Part shown: one piece after another, positions 11,037 through 22,482 of the stretch | Numbering within the stretch: position 1 is the first letter of the stretch | Layout of the letters: every line of letters begins with the position of its first letter | NCBI GenBank assembly: GCA_963777955.1 | Contig: CAVZSQ010000019.1 | Location: forward strand, 320,001-384,000 | Direction: 5' to 3' | Source of the DNA: Calditrichia bacterium | Lineage (GTDB): Bacteria; Calditrichota; Calditrichia; JAJRVZ01 | DNA: 64,000 nt | Position numbers and translations under genes: made by a program | The notes under the pieces: model-generated | Told to the model about the DNA's origin: nothing | Database searches by the model: none | What the model saw: only the letters and a program-made list of their open reading frames with translations

Positions 11037-12083
11037 TTATTTTGGTTTTAAATAATAGACAATTTTTTGCGCAATGTCCATAAACACCCTGGCCTGAACA
11101 TGATCCGGATTTTTCTGAACCACCGGGTGGCCCTCATCTCCGCCGATCCTGATCTCCAGGTCCAACGGAATTTCACCTAATAAATCCACCTGTAACCGTT
11201 CACATTCGCGTTTTGCACCACCAGCCGAAAAAATTTCCGTTCTACCCTGGCAATGCGGACATACAAAATAACTCATATTCTCAACGATACCGATGATGGG
11301 CACATTTACTTTACGGAACATCTGTACCCCTTTGGCAGCATCGAGCAATGCAACGTCCTGAGGTGTGGTCACAATAACCGCTCCATCCAGGGCAATCGAT
11401 TGCGATAAAGTCAATTGCGCGTCCCCGGTGCCGGGCGGCATATCGAACAACATAATATCCAGGTCACCCCAGGAGACATCCCGCATCAACTGCTGCAAAG
11501 CCCGCATAACCAGAGGTCCGCGCCAGATTACCGGATTATCGTCGCTCAGTAAAAAACCCAATGACATTAACTGTACATCATACTTACGGATGGGTAATAA
11601 TTTTTGCCCGTCAAATTGCGGTTTGTCTTTTATCCCGAACATCAGGGGAATGCTGGGACCATATATATCGGCATCCAACAGACCCACTTTTAATCCGCTC
11701 CTGGCCAGAGCTACCGCCAGGTTTACACTGACGGTGGATTTGCCCACTCCGCCTTTACCGCTGGCTACCGCAATTTTATGCCTGACCGTGGGCAGAAAAG
11801 TATCCAGAGGTGTTGTTTTGGAAACATTCTGAACATTCGTTTCCGGTTCGGGGATTTGCACCGATACAGCCCGGACGCCGTCGATGGCCTGTACTTTCTG
11901 TTTAATATTGCCAATGACCTCCCTGATAATTGCGTCGTCACGTATCCGTAAATCCAGCGTAATAACCACTTCGCTATGAATAATTCGAATATCTTTGACG
12001 ATGCCGAAGGAGACTATATCTGTTGAATAGCCCGGATATAAAACCAGCTGCAGCGCGGTTGATACTTCGTCTTTATTAATCAT
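11037..12083 (-). CDS. mrp: Mrp/NBP35 (ApbC) Fe-S cluster carrier ATPase
   Basis: ASGKGGVGKST, DADIYGPS, DMPPGTGD, CPHC. Confidence 0.95.
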   Translation of the reverse strand: MINKDEVSTALQLVLYPGYSTDIVSFGIVKDIRIIHSEVVITLDLRIRDDAIIREVIGNIKQKVQAIDGVRAVSVQIPEPETNVQNVSKTTPLDTFLPTVRHKIAVASGKGGVGKSTVSVNLAVALARSGLKVGLLDADIYGPSIPLMFGIKDKPQFDGQKLLPIRKYDVQLMSLGFLLSDDNPVIWRGPLVMRALQQLMRDVSWGDLDIMLFDMPPGTGDAQLTLSQSIALDGAVIVTTPQDVALLDAAKGVQMFRKVNVPIIGIVENMSYFVCPHCQGRTEIFSAGGAKRECERLQVDLLGEIPLDLEIRIGGDEGHPVVQKNPDHVQARVFMDIAQKIVYYLKPK

Positions 12084-12157
12084 GAAAATTACCTGATTCC
12101 ACCAGATTCATTTTACCGATTTTAGCCAAAAATTCTGCACTAACCAAAGATTAATTT

Positions 12158-12191
12158 AAAAAAAAAGCCAACCATCGATAGGTTGGCTTTT
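12158..12191 (-). terminator. Intrinsic terminator (possibly bidirectional)
   Basis: A tract-GCCAACC-N7-GGTTGGC-TTTT, downstream of the 12210 ORF. Confidence 0.8.
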
Positions 12192-12209
12192 ATGGATTAC
12201 CTGTCCATC

Positions 12210-12872
12210 TTATATAATAACCTCGAGATCCAGAATTTTATCATTATTCAGATTTAATACTATTGTTTTGTCTTTCTTGAGTTTAATATCATTTATCAGC
12301 GTTAGAGTGACCTTGAAATCCAGCGTCTCCATATTTTTCTCTTCCAGAGTTCCCAGGCCGTTAATTACTCCACCCTGGGCTTTATCATAATAACTGATGG
12401 TGATCTCTTCTTTTAGATCCAGTGCATCCAGTATTTCTCTGATTTCCTCGATATTACGTTGTTCCACGATTTTTTCATCGATATCTTCTTCCAGGCTCAG
12501 GATATCGCCATCGGCATAAAAAAAATCGAGCGTTCCGCCGCCCCCCTTGATAAAGATCAGTTTCTCGCTTTGACCTTCCGAAATACTTCGTTCCACATTA
12601 ACGACTTTACCGGTAAAATGGTTGTTGCCGATATCTATAATTTTAACCTCGATTGGAGGATCTTCAGGAGTGCCGTCATAAGCTAAACGGGTTATCTTGA
12701 CCTTTTTACCCTTGCCAACCTTGATCAGTTTGCTCTTGACTTCTTCCGGCAGCAGGACTCCGGCACGAACTTTCGGTTTTGATCTAAACAGACCCATCAA
12801 ATACCTTCTGGATCTGAGCTCAACCTCTATAAAATCCTGAACCGGGAAATGGATAGGTACTCGCATAACCAA
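12210..12872 (-). CDS. Hypothetical protein
   Basis: 220-aa ORF with GAGG RBS and its own terminator; no family recognised. Confidence 0.7.
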   Translation of the reverse strand: MVMRVPIHFPVQDFIEVELRSRRYLMGLFRSKPKVRAGVLLPEEVKSKLIKVGKGKKVKITRLAYDGTPEDPPIEVKIIDIGNNHFTGKVVNVERSISEGQSEKLIFIKGGGGTLDFFYADGDILSLEEDIDEKIVEQRNIEEIREILDALDLKEEITISYYDKAQGGVINGLGTLEEKNMETLDFKVTLTLINDIKLKKDKTIVLNLNNDKILDLEVII

Positions 12873-12980
12873 TCCTCATAGATGTTTGTTAAATTTCATG
12901 ATTATATTAGACTTATAAACTTAATAAAGATAAGCTATAAAAGCAAGTAAGTCAAAAATATGGCCTGCGGAAATATAGAT

Positions 12981-13074
12981 AGTTCCTTAGTACCTGAGTT
13001 CCTGAGTACCTTAGTATAAAGATACTTAGGGACTAAAGGACTCAGGGACTAAGGTACTCAGGGACTAAGGTACT
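12981..13074. repeat. Two inverted arrays of 8-bp tandem repeats (CCTKAGTH / KACTHARG)
   Basis: ccttagta cctgagtt cctgagta ccttagta -taaaga- tacttagg gactaaag gactcagg gactaagg tactcagg gactaagg. Confidence 0.85.
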
Positions 13075-13080
13075 ATTAAA

Positions 13081-14790
13081 TCATTTCCCCCTTGCCTCCA
13101 GCAGAACTCTGGCATTGGCAATTGCCTGCGGAGTGATTTGCTCGCCGCCCAACAGTCTGGCGATATTTTCTACACGCTCCTCCTGCCCGAGTTTTTTCAC
13201 CTCAACTGTAGTCCGGCCGGTGGATTCAATCTTATTTACCGCGAAGTGCACCCCACCCTGCGCTGCTATCTGGGGCAGATGGGTAATCACAATTAGTTGA
13301 TGCCGTCGCGCAATTTCCTGCATTTTTTTTCCGACAATCTCGGCATAACGGCCGGAAATCCCGCTGTCAATTTCATCAAAGACCAGCGTGGAGATGTTAT
13401 CACTTTCCGCTAAAATCGCTTTGAGACACAACATGATCCGGGAAATTTCTCCCCCTGAAGCCACCCGATGTAGCGGACGAACAGGTTCGCCCACATTCAT
13501 GCCGACATAGAATTCAATTAAATCCATGCCCAGCGGATTAACGGCATATCTTTTCCCCTTTTCCATGACCACTCCCTGCTCCTCTTCCTGCCAGGAGATT
13601 TGTACCTGGAAACGGGCCTTTTTTAGTCCGACCGTATCGAATAAATCCTGAAGTTGTTGTTCAAACTGTTTGGCTGTTTTTTTTCTGTAGGCAGAAATTG
13701 ACAGGGCCAGCGATTGCAGATCAATCCTGCTTTTTTCAATATCCTGCCGCAGCACCGTGATACGTTCATCGTAGTTCTCCAGCATGGCCATATATGTTAC
13801 CAGTTTATCCCTGAATTGGATTAAGTCCCGCACCGATTCAACCTGGTACTTTTTTAATAACCAGTTTATTTCAGCTTCGCGGATTCTGACTGTTTCCAGC
13901 CGCTGGGGATCAAATTCCAGGGTACCGCTGTACTGTTCGCAAAATCTTCCGGTTTCTTCCAGCGCCACCCGTGCTGACTCCAGTCCCTGTACCAACTCCA
14001 CAAATTGCTTGTCGATGGTACTGATTTTGCCAAGATCGGAGATGGCCTGAGCGATTTTTTTATTAAGGGCATTCTCATCGCTGTAAAGCAGATCTGCGAC
14101 GGTCCTGCTCAGTTCGAACAATTGTTCGCTGTTTTCCATGATCCGGCGTTCAGAGATCAATTTTTCTAACTCGGAGTCATCAAGGTTGGCTTTGCTCAGT
14201 TCATCAATTTGATATTGATACAGATCTTTTTTCTCAAAACTGGTTTTACGCAACGCCAGCAGATTATTCAATTCTTCGAGCCTGGCAAAATAGTTACGGT
14301 AGGTGATTGTGTACTTGTCCAATTCCGGTTTAACCCGGTTAAAGGCATCAAGATAATAAATATGGTATTCGGGATGAATCAACCGCTGATGCTGATGCTG
14401 TCCGTGAAGATCAAGCAAACCCGCCATGATCGAACCCAGATCATTAAGCGTGACGGGAGTGTCATTGATGAACGCACGGCTGCTCCCCTTGCTTGAAATT
14501 TCACGCCGGACCAAGATGGCCTGGTCAATATCGGTTAACTGCAAACCGGTCAATTTATCGATGACTTCTTTATTCAGACCGGTTTTAAACTCTGCCTCCA
14601 GAATCGTCTTGGATGCACCGGCACGTATCAGATCTGCATTCCCGCGGTCTCCGCAAAGCAGGCCCAGAGCACCAACCAGAATTGATTTTCCCGCTCCTGT
14701 TTCACCGGTTATTACCTGGAAACCCGGTGCAAATTCAATGGACAGTTCATCGACAATAGTGAAGTCTTTGATATATAACCGGAGAAGCAT
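13081..14790 (-). CDS. recN: DNA repair protein RecN
   Basis: TGETGAGKS, VASGGEISR, LVFDEIDSGISG, ITHLPQIAA. Confidence 0.98.
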   Translation of the reverse strand: MLLRLYIKDFTIVDELSIEFAPGFQVITGETGAGKSILVGALGLLCGDRGNADLIRAGASKTILEAEFKTGLNKEVIDKLTGLQLTDIDQAILVRREISSKGSSRAFINDTPVTLNDLGSIMAGLLDLHGQHQHQRLIHPEYHIYYLDAFNRVKPELDKYTITYRNYFARLEELNNLLALRKTSFEKKDLYQYQIDELSKANLDDSELEKLISERRIMENSEQLFELSRTVADLLYSDENALNKKIAQAISDLGKISTIDKQFVELVQGLESARVALEETGRFCEQYSGTLEFDPQRLETVRIREAEINWLLKKYQVESVRDLIQFRDKLVTYMAMLENYDERITVLRQDIEKSRIDLQSLALSISAYRKKTAKQFEQQLQDLFDTVGLKKARFQVQISWQEEEQGVVMEKGKRYAVNPLGMDLIEFYVGMNVGEPVRPLHRVASGGEISRIMLCLKAILAESDNISTLVFDEIDSGISGRYAEIVGKKMQEIARRHQLIVITHLPQIAAQGGVHFAVNKIESTGRTTVEVKKLGQEERVENIARLLGGEQITPQAIANARVLLEARGK

Positions 14791-14809
14791 GGTGAGTATT
14801 ATTAAAGGG

Positions 14810-17171
14810 TCAAGGTTTAATTACAGAAATTTTCCCTGAATTTTTCAATCCTTCTTCATTGAAGATCAGATATAAATAGATACCACTGGGTACAAATTTG
14901 TTTTGGACATCCTTGCCGTCCCAGGTCGCACGGCTGCCTTCGATCTCTCCGCCAACTGCGCTTAATTCCCTGACCAGATGTCCATTAATATTCAGAATTT
15001 TTACAGTCGAATTGGGAACCAGATTCTTAATTACAAAGTCCCTCGAACCGTCCAGCATGAAAGGATTGGGTCCGCTGGCTACTTCGACTAGATCAGACCG
15101 AAATTGTGAGAAAGCGCCTTTAAAGATCACCAGTCCAAGTTCCGTACCCAGATAGGCAGCTCCGCTCTGATTGTCCACCAGGACACTGTTGATTATCGGG
15201 CTGGGCAACCCGCTGTTTTCGGTCGTATAATGTACCCAGGCAGCCGGATCCCAGGGACTCTTTCCTGCCTGCAGGATACTCAATCCTCCATCGGTAGCAA
15301 ACCATTTATTATTATAAGCATCGACAAATATACAATTGATTTTATTCTCTACCGGCCCGATATCACCCACATGTTTATAAACACGCCGGTTCAGACCGCT
15401 GGCATCATTCTGGTAAGAGTTTAATCCCGCACTTGTGCCGATCCAGATAATGCCATCCTGATCCTGTTTCAGGGCCAGGATTGTGTTACTGAATAAATTA
15501 TCGCTGTTCATATTCATACGGTACAGACTGGTCATCACTGATATTCTCAATATCTGCACCGTAATCCAGAATCAGTATCCCGCCATTCCAGGTACCCATC
15601 CATACCCGGTTGAATGCAGAAGTAGTTTCAAATTCCAGACATGATACCTGGCTGTCGTCCAGAGTCATACCGATATTATCGCCCAGATAAGTCCATTCCG
15701 AACAGGAAGGCAGGTCGGAATGGGAATTGTTAAACACGGCCAGATATTCGGGAATCCGGGCATAGTGATTAACAATCCATAGATTTTGATTAACATCCTC
15801 CTGGAAATAAGGTAGGACTGTATAGGTATCGGAATCTTCTACTTCCGCACCAACGAGACAATTGCGTTTTGCTTCGGGTACTTCCGGCAGTACGATTTGC
15901 TGATCCGCCTGCAGAGTTGAGATAACCATTCCACCTTCGCCCGCCCAGGCATGATAATAATCAACATTATCACCCGAAATAACGGTCGCTCCGCCTCCCC
16001 AGGCACCGATCCAGACGCGCCCGAGTTGATCTTCATAAACAACATCCGTGTGATTCTTTATTAACCACAGATCACCGGTAAATTTATAATTGGTCCAATT
16101 CCTGAAATCATATTTGTAGAATCCTTCGCCATAGGTCAGTTTGAATTTTCCGGAAGTCATCCATAATTGTCCCTGACGATCTTTGATCACCACTCCCACA
16201 TGGTTGCTGCCAGGCCCGTCAATTTTAAATGATTTCAGCCAATTACTTTTACGCAGACCGCCGGAGGTCAGGCCCAGCCATAATTCTCCGTTTTCAGCGA
16301 GAGACCCCGCAGAGATATTTCGATCCAGAGTCTGCTGGAGTACCCATTGTCCATTTTGTTTCAGGTAATATTGATTGTACTGTACAAAATATAGTTGTGT
16401 TTGATTGGTAATAATCCCGTTCACATAACCAAATTCCCAGGAATCTTCCGGATGAAGTACAAAGGACTTGTCTAACCAGGCTGCACCAAGGGTTGTTGCG
16501 ATATATAAGACAGAATCCACCACGGCCAGATCCAGGATCACGTCTGCGGGTAATCCCTGTTCTGTGGTAATTGTTCTCCAGGCACCTGCAATTTTTAAAT
16601 TGTCCTGCTTATAATTGGCTGAGGCGTAAAGCAGGCCATGCTGCGTCGCATAGAAAACAAAATTATTAAAAACTGCTATCCGGTATCCTTTTTCGGGATT
16701 AATAGTAAAATTATTATAAAAATCGCGAAAAATAAGTTCGGTACTGGCAGATTCAAAAACACCCACACCTTCATCGGTTGCAATCCAGATACTGCTTGTA
16801 TCGGCCTCAACATCCATTATGTTCTGTTCTTCCATAGCTGAATTTACAAGCCAGGACTTCGTCAGCGGATTATATAAGTTTATCACTCCGTCCCTGCTGG
16901 CAAATAAAAGATTTCCATACCTGTCGGCTGTCGCCGCAGTAATGTCCAGTGATTTCAATCCGTCCAGATTGTTATAGATCTGCCAGGTGCTGTCGGCAGG
17001 TTTAAAACGGTATACTCCGCCGCTGCTGCCCACCCAGATCTCATGGTTTGAGTATTGTACAGCAGTTACATCATTCATATTAGTGATGACCTGCCAGTCA
17101 TGCAAACCCTGCGCTGAAATATTTTGAACCGTTAGATTCAGCAGTAAAAGGAATGATAATTTCTTCAGCAT
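14810..17171 (-). CDS. Secreted beta-propeller protein (PorZ-like/two-component regulator propeller) with FlgD/CTD-like tail; one +1 frameshift at ~15527
   Basis: ORFs 15498-17171 and 14810-15559 join (DDQ|LYRMN). Signal peptide, repeated D..G..W.GT propeller motifs, C-terminal GPNPF...WDGKD...PSGIYLY. Confidence 0.8.
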
Positions 17172-17174
17172 TAA

Positions 17175-17648
17175 TTATTTTTTTTCGATTTTTTTAACCA
17201 GATCTGCCATTTCAATTGCCGAAAGGGCGGCATCCCAGCCCTTATTCCCCGATTTCGTCCCGGCCCGCTCAATCGCCTGTTCGGTAGTATCCGCGGTTAT
17301 GATACCGAATGCAACCGGTGTGCCAGAATCAAGCGATACGTGCGCGATCCCCTTGGCCACTTCACTGGTTATATATTCAAAATGAGGCGTATCACCGCGA
17401 ATGATCGTGCCCAGGCAGATAATTGCATCAAATTTGCCGCCGCTGGCTACTTTCTGGGCAATCAACGGTATTTCGAAAGATCCGGGAACCCAAAGAATTG
17501 TCACATCTTTTTCATCGGCACCATGCCGGAGCAAACAATCCATGGCTCCGTCAAGTAATTTGTGTGAGATAAATTCATTAAAGCGGCTTATTACCAGGGC
17601 AAATTTGCGGTTTTGGGCATTAAGATGACCCTGCAGCGTTTTGATCAT
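17175..17648 (-). CDS. ribH: 6,7-dimethyl-8-ribityllumazine synthase
   Basis: [33 protein letters not shown]. Confidence 0.98.
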   Translation of the reverse strand: MIKTLQGHLNAQNRKFALVISRFNEFISHKLLDGAMDCLLRHGADEKDVTILWVPGSFEIPLIAQKVASGGKFDAIICLGTIIRGDTPHFEYITSEVAKGIAHVSLDSGTPVAFGIITADTTEQAIERAGTKSGNKGWDAALSAIEMADLVKKIEKK

Positions 17649-18870
17649 TGTACCCTCCCGTTTTTCCATTTAAAATTAGATGTCCTAACTTATCCCGTTT
17701 TGTCTTTAAATATTTTTCATTAATCCGATTGGGCTTAATCTCCAGAGGTACCCGCTCAACAATTTCCAGACCGTACCCGTGCAGACCAACAATTTTCTTG
17801 GGATTATTGGTCAGTAATCTGATTCTGGTCAAACCAAGATCTTTCAGAATTTGGGCGCCGATACCATAATCCCTCAAATCAGCCTTGAAACCCAGGATCT
17901 CATTTGCTTCCACTGTATCACTGCCCTCTTCCTGGATAGCATAGGCTAATATCTTGTTCAAAAGTCCGATGCCCCGGCCCTCCTGGCGCATATACAGTAC
18001 AACACCCCGGCCCTCCTGTTCAATCATACGCAGAGCACTTTGCAATTGATCCCCGCAATCACAACGCAGGGAAGCAAAAACGTCCCCGGTGAGACATTCT
18101 GAATGTACCCGTACCAGCACCGGTTGATCACCGTTCAGTTCACCTTTAACCAGGGCAACGTGATTCTCATTTTCAGTCAGTACATTCTGATAGAGATATA
18201 ATTTGAAATTTCCGAAACGGGTCGGCATATCTATCACAGCCCGGCGACGGACCAGTTTTTCGCGCAATCGGCGGTATTCAATTAAATCGGCGATGGTGAT
18301 CATTTTTAAACTGAATTTCCTGGCTAATTTCCTTAACTTCTGTGTGCGGGCCATCTTGCCGTCATCATCCATAATCTCGCATAATACTCCTGCCGGCTTC
18401 AAACCGGCCAGGATCGCCAGATCGACTGCTGCTTCGGTATGACCGGCCCGGCGTAAAACTCCGCCATCTTTCGCTACCAGCGGGAAAATATGCCCGGGCC
18501 GGGCCAGATCGCCCGGACGGGTCAGCGGATCGATCAGTGTTAATATGGTTGTAGCCCGGTCATAAGCGGATATACCCGTGGTCGTTCCTATCTTCGCATC
18601 CACCGTCACCGTAAACGGCGTTTTGTGCAGGGCGGTATTATCCTCAACCATGAATTCCAGATTCAACTCCCTGGCTCGCTGAGAAGTGATAGCGGTACAG
18701 ATGATACCGCGGGCATATTTGGACAGGAAATTTACTGTATCAGGGCTGACCTTTTCGGCGGCCATGATGAAATCACCCTCGTTCTCACGATCTTCATCGT
18801 CCACCACGATTACCAATTTACCCTGGCGAATGTCAGCGATGGCTTCATCAATGCTATTAAAAATATTCAT
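17620..18870 (-). CDS. ribBA: Bifunctional DHBP synthase / GTP cyclohydrolase II
   Basis: [40 protein letters not shown]. Confidence 0.98.
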   Translation of the reverse strand: MNIFNSIDEAIADIRQGKLVIVVDDEDRENEGDFIMAAEKVSPDTVNFLSKYARGIICTAITSQRARELNLEFMVEDNTALHKTPFTVTVDAKIGTTTGISAYDRATTILTLIDPLTRPGDLARPGHIFPLVAKDGGVLRRAGHTEAAVDLAILAGLKPAGVLCEIMDDDGKMARTQKLRKLARKFSLKMITIADLIEYRRLREKLVRRRAVIDMPTRFGNFKLYLYQNVLTENENHVALVKGELNGDQPVLVRVHSECLTGDVFASLRCDCGDQLQSALRMIEQEGRGVVLYMRQEGRGIGLLNKILAYAIQEEGSDTVEANEILGFKADLRDYGIGAQILKDLGLTRIRLLTNNPKKIVGLHGYGLEIVERVPLEIKPNRINEKYLKTKRDKLGHLILNGKTGGYNDQNAAGSS

Positions 18871-18884
18871 AATCAGGAAATCTA

Positions 18885-19538
18885 TTAGTACCCTAAATTT
18901 TTAAACCACTCCCCGGAAAAAGTTTCGACCCTGGAGTCCGTTTTACGGGGCAGCACCAGTTTCCCAACATAGCGGGCCAGAAAATCCGTTTCAATGTTTA
19001 CCAGCTGACCGGCTTTATAACCAGAAATAACAGTGTTTTTAAATGTATGCGGTATAATCGATATTCCCGCTTTAGGCCCGGCCGCCGACAGGTCCGCAAT
19101 AGTTAAACTCACCCCATCAATAGCAATACTACCCTCGCGGACCAGAAATGGTTCCAATTCCGGCGGCATGGCCAGTTGCAAGTACCAGTTTTCTCCCCTG
19201 TTCTTCATGCTCGCTACCCGGGCCAGTCCACTTACATGTCCCTGGACGAAATGACCACCCCAGCGGCTTTCAACTTTTACTGCCCTTTCCAGGTTGACCC
19301 TGCGGCGCATTGCCCATTGTTTAATTGTTGTTTTGGTTATTGTTTCTCCGACTGCCTCGGCAATAAAACAATTTTTTTCAAGTCCCGTAACTGTCAGACA
19401 GACACCGCAGACGGCCACGGAATCACCAATTTTCAGGTCGTCGATAATTGTTTTGGCTGCAATAAACAACCGTTTCCCGCCGCGGATGGAAACGATCTTT
19501 TTCAGCGATCCTATTTCTTCAATGATTCCTGTGAACAT
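18885..19538 (-). CDS. ribE: Riboflavin synthase
   Basis: MFTGII start, [19 protein letters not shown]. Confidence 0.97.
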   Translation of the reverse strand: MFTGIIEEIGSLKKIVSIRGGKRLFIAAKTIIDDLKIGDSVAVCGVCLTVTGLEKNCFIAEAVGETITKTTIKQWAMRRRVNLERAVKVESRWGGHFVQGHVSGLARVASMKNRGENWYLQLAMPPELEPFLVREGSIAIDGVSLTIADLSAAGPKAGISIIPHTFKNTVISGYKAGQLVNIETDFLARYVGKLVLPRKTDSRVETFSGEWFKNLGY

Positions 19539-19620
19539 GACTCCAATTTAATAAGTAAACCATCTTAAAACATAAAAATGTTATAACTGGTTTACATTAA
19601 TTTTCCTGAATAATTACCTG

Positions 19621-20709
19621 CTACCGGCGGTAGATCAGCAGTATATCTTCCGCAACATTCTTCACGGTATGTAATCGCCAGTTTTGGATTTTATTAAGGG
19701 GATTTGAAACAAAAGCAGGGAGTCCTTTACCCCAAATCTGCGGAGCAATAAAAACTACAAGTTCATCGATCAGATCACTTTGAACGAATTGAGTAAAAAT
19801 TTTTTGCCCCCCTTCCACCAGGACCGAGCTGATTTTCTCCCGGGTGAGAATTTTTAATATTGTTTTTACGGGAATCTGCCCTTGCTGGTCTCCGGCTGCA
19901 GGGATGACGGTACAATTAAGTGCTTCAATTTTTTTCAGTTTGTTTTTATGACAGGCTGCTTCGTTATATATCAGAATAATCCGGCTGTTGTAATCTCTGC
20001 TGAATACCTTATAGTCCGGGTTTAAATTCAATTTACCGTCAATAATGATGCGAACCGGATTCCTGCCCTGCTCTCCATGCACAGTCAATTCCGGATCGTC
20101 AATCCGTACCGTATTGCCGCCCACCAGCACGGCATCGTACCCGGCTCGCCAGCGGTACACGATTTGCCGTGATGGCAGGGAGCTAATCCACTTCCGGGAA
20201 ATCCGCAGCGGTGCAATTTTTCCATCAAGGGTCTGTGCAATCTTCAGGGTTACATATGGCAGGCGCCGGGTAATATATTTAAAAAAGAAGCGATTTAACT
20301 CTTCGTTTTCTGCAGATAAAAGGCCTGTCTGCACCTCTACACCGGATTGCTGCAGCAAGGCCACACCCCTGCCCTGAACCTGAGGATTCGGATCCAGGCT
20401 GGCTATGACAACCTTTTTAATACCTTCACGGATCAAACGCTGGGCACAGGGCGGGGTTTGTTTATTATTATGCACACAGGGTTCCAGGTTACAGTACAGG
20501 ACTGCACCCTGTACTCCTTCTGCAGCGGCCTCAATGGCCCGCACCTCAGCGTGAGCCCGGCCATAATGGGCATGATACCCTGTGCCGATGATACGGTTAT
20601 TTTTTACCAGTACCGCCCCGACCAGGGGATTAGGGCTGACAAAACCCTTTCCGTTACCGGCCAGCTGCAAGGCCATTTTCATAAATTGAATATCTTGATT
20701 ATCGGACAT
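19621..20709 (-). CDS. ribD: Bifunctional pyrimidine deaminase/reductase
   Basis: PNPLVGA, HAEV, LEPC...PPC, VLVEGG. Confidence 0.97.
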   Translation of the reverse strand: MSDNQDIQFMKMALQLAGNGKGFVSPNPLVGAVLVKNNRIIGTGYHAHYGRAHAEVRAIEAAAEGVQGAVLYCNLEPCVHNNKQTPPCAQRLIREGIKKVVIASLDPNPQVQGRGVALLQQSGVEVQTGLLSAENEELNRFFFKYITRRLPYVTLKIAQTLDGKIAPLRISRKWISSLPSRQIVYRWRAGYDAVLVGGNTVRIDDPELTVHGEQGRNPVRIIIDGKLNLNPDYKVFSRDYNSRIILIYNEAACHKNKLKKIEALNCTVIPAAGDQQGQIPVKTILKILTREKISSVLVEGGQKIFTQFVQSDLIDELVVFIAPQIWGKGLPAFVSNPLNKIQNWRLHTVKNVAEDILLIYRR

Positions 20710-20801
20710 ATTCAGTTCTCAGAATCGATAGAGTAACTCAATCTAAATAATAATACCGGTTGATGCTAATCGGAACAACGCCATTTGCAACGGAGTATGT
20801 A

Positions 20802-21413
20802 CTAGGACATACGTTTCAGCTCAAAAACAATAGACAAAAAATTGCTCAGCAGAAATCCGGTCACTCCCCAGATGACTTCCTGGTTATAGTAGTAAAAATG
20901 TACATCCCACAGGATGCCGTTTCTCTCCCATTTTTTTTGTTCGAATATCTCCGGTTGTAATAAGTGCTGCAACGGTACTTCAATCAATTGGGATATCTCG
21001 GCGGAATTAACGCGATACGGATATGGATATGAAAAGTATCCAACATAGGGGGTCACCATAAAATTAGTGTTGGTTAAAAATTTGTCGGTATGACCCAGTA
21101 TGGTTATATCCTGTTCCCGAATCCCTACTTCCTCCCATGTTTCACGCAAGGCAGTAGCCTGCAGGTCCTGATCGTTTTTATCCCATACTCCGCCCGGGAA
21201 GGAAATTTGTCCTTTGTGATGTTCAACAATCTCGGTACGTTTGGTAAACAATAGACAGGGAATCTGATCCCTATAAAAAAGCGGGATTAGAACGGCTGCC
21301 TCGCGGTGAGCGACGTCGGCATATTGATATGTCTGCTGTTGATGATTTTCCAGCCGGGTTTTAATCAGGGAATATAGTTCCGTTGGTGATTTAAGATCAG
21401 TATTCCTAGCCAT
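20802..21413 (-). CDS. Nudix hydrolase, CoA pyrophosphatase family
   Basis: AAVLIPL, HKGQISFPGG, ALRETWEEVG, IWGVTG. Confidence 0.92.
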   Translation of the reverse strand: MARNTDLKSPTELYSLIKTRLENHQQQTYQYADVAHREAAVLIPLFYRDQIPCLLFTKRTEIVEHHKGQISFPGGVWDKNDQDLQATALRETWEEVGIREQDITILGHTDKFLTNTNFMVTPYVGYFSYPYPYRVNSAEISQLIEVPLQHLLQPEIFEQKKWERNGILWDVHFYYYNQEVIWGVTGFLLSNFLSIVFELKRMS

Positions 21414-21501
21414 GCAGTATAAAACGAAAATCTGTCAGAAATTATATCAGGATTCTGTAAGATTATCGGGAATTCCGGACAAAATACAAATCCAGAAGTC
21501 C

Positions 21502-21789
21502 TCAATCTTTCAGATACAGATTACGGGCGCTGAGGAATTTCTCGATTTTGCCTATCAGGGCAGATTCAAAAGCCAGCAGATACTTTTCTGCTCCGCGGCG
21601 GGTATGTGCTACTTGCTCCGCCCAGTGCAGAATTACTTCCAGTTCCTTAGGAGTGAAAGACATACTGTAATTGACATAACAGTTTTTTAACCGTCTGATC
21701 AGGGCTAGCTCCTGGGGAAAAGGACTGCTTTGGTCGTTCTCAGCCCAACCGTTTACTATTTTAATTTCAGCTGATGACAGGTGCAGCAT
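21502..21789 (-). CDS. Hypothetical protein
   Basis: 95-aa ORF overlapping the upstream methyltransferase stop. Confidence 0.6.
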   Translation of the reverse strand: MLHLSSAEIKIVNGWAENDQSSPFPQELALIRRLKNCYVNYSMSFTPKELEVILHWAEQVAHTRRGAEKYLLAFESALIGKIEKFLSARNLYLKD

Positions 21790-22450
21790 AATCGATCCTA
21801 TAGATATAAATAACCTGTTGTTTATTATTTAAGTTAACCGTTCTTTGATCTGTTTTATATTTCCACTTGTGTTCATCCAGCATGCTGAAAAACTCCCTGG
21901 CTATGCGGCGGCCCGGTTCAGCTATAAGAATCCAGCCATGATCTTTAAGCGCTTGACCGTAAAAAGTCAGGAGCGGTGTCAGCATTTTCCGCTCATATAA
22001 TATATCGGCACCGATTATGATATCATAAGTTTCCTGTAGTGATGGAATTCGCCAGTCCAGCAATTGTACATCCGGCAGGTAACCAAAATTCCGTTTAAAA
22101 TTACGCCGGGTAAATTCCAGGGCCACCGGATCATAATCAGTAAATAAAACATCAGCTTCAGCAGCCCGGGCTGCTATTCCGGCTAAACCCAGTCCACAAC
22201 CCAATTCCAGTACCCTTTTATTTTTAAAATATTTGCGGTTTTCCAGAATATGTTCACCTAGTCCAAGGGAGGACGGCCATAATTCTGCCCAGTAGGGAAA
22301 ACGGTCTTCACTTTTAAACTCAGTTTCATTCATACTTTCTATCAACTTATCTGTATCCCCGATGGTTTCCAGGACAAACGAATATTTACCGAGGGATATG
22401 GTCTTTATTTCTAAATAATCGACCAGAGCCCGGTAAAATTTATTCCCCAT
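21767..22450 (-). CDS. SAM-dependent protein methyltransferase (family 16/METTL21-like)
   Basis: PYWAELWPSS, VLELGCGLGL, TDYD, LDW, GADILYE. Confidence 0.88.
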   Translation of the reverse strand: MGNKFYRALVDYLEIKTISLGKYSFVLETIGDTDKLIESMNETEFKSEDRFPYWAELWPSSLGLGEHILENRKYFKNKRVLELGCGLGLAGIAARAAEADVLFTDYDPVALEFTRRNFKRNFGYLPDVQLLDWRIPSLQETYDIIIGADILYERKMLTPLLTFYGQALKDHGWILIAEPGRRIAREFFSMLDEHKWKYKTDQRTVNLNNKQQVIYIYRIDYAAPVIS

Positions 22451-22482
22451 CTGTTTAAACTAAAAAATTGATCAGTTTTTAC

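Noticed and set aside
12981..13074. CRISPR array
   Set aside because: The units are 8 bp and contiguous with no unique spacers, and there are no cas genes in the window.
17620..17648. ribBA/ribH 29-nt overlap as another frameshift
   Set aside because: RibBA is complete through KLGHL, and a short non-conserved tail overlapping the next start is common.
20710..20801. FMN riboswitch upstream of ribD
   Set aside because: Only about 90 nt, with none of the conserved RFN sequence blocks on the minus strand.
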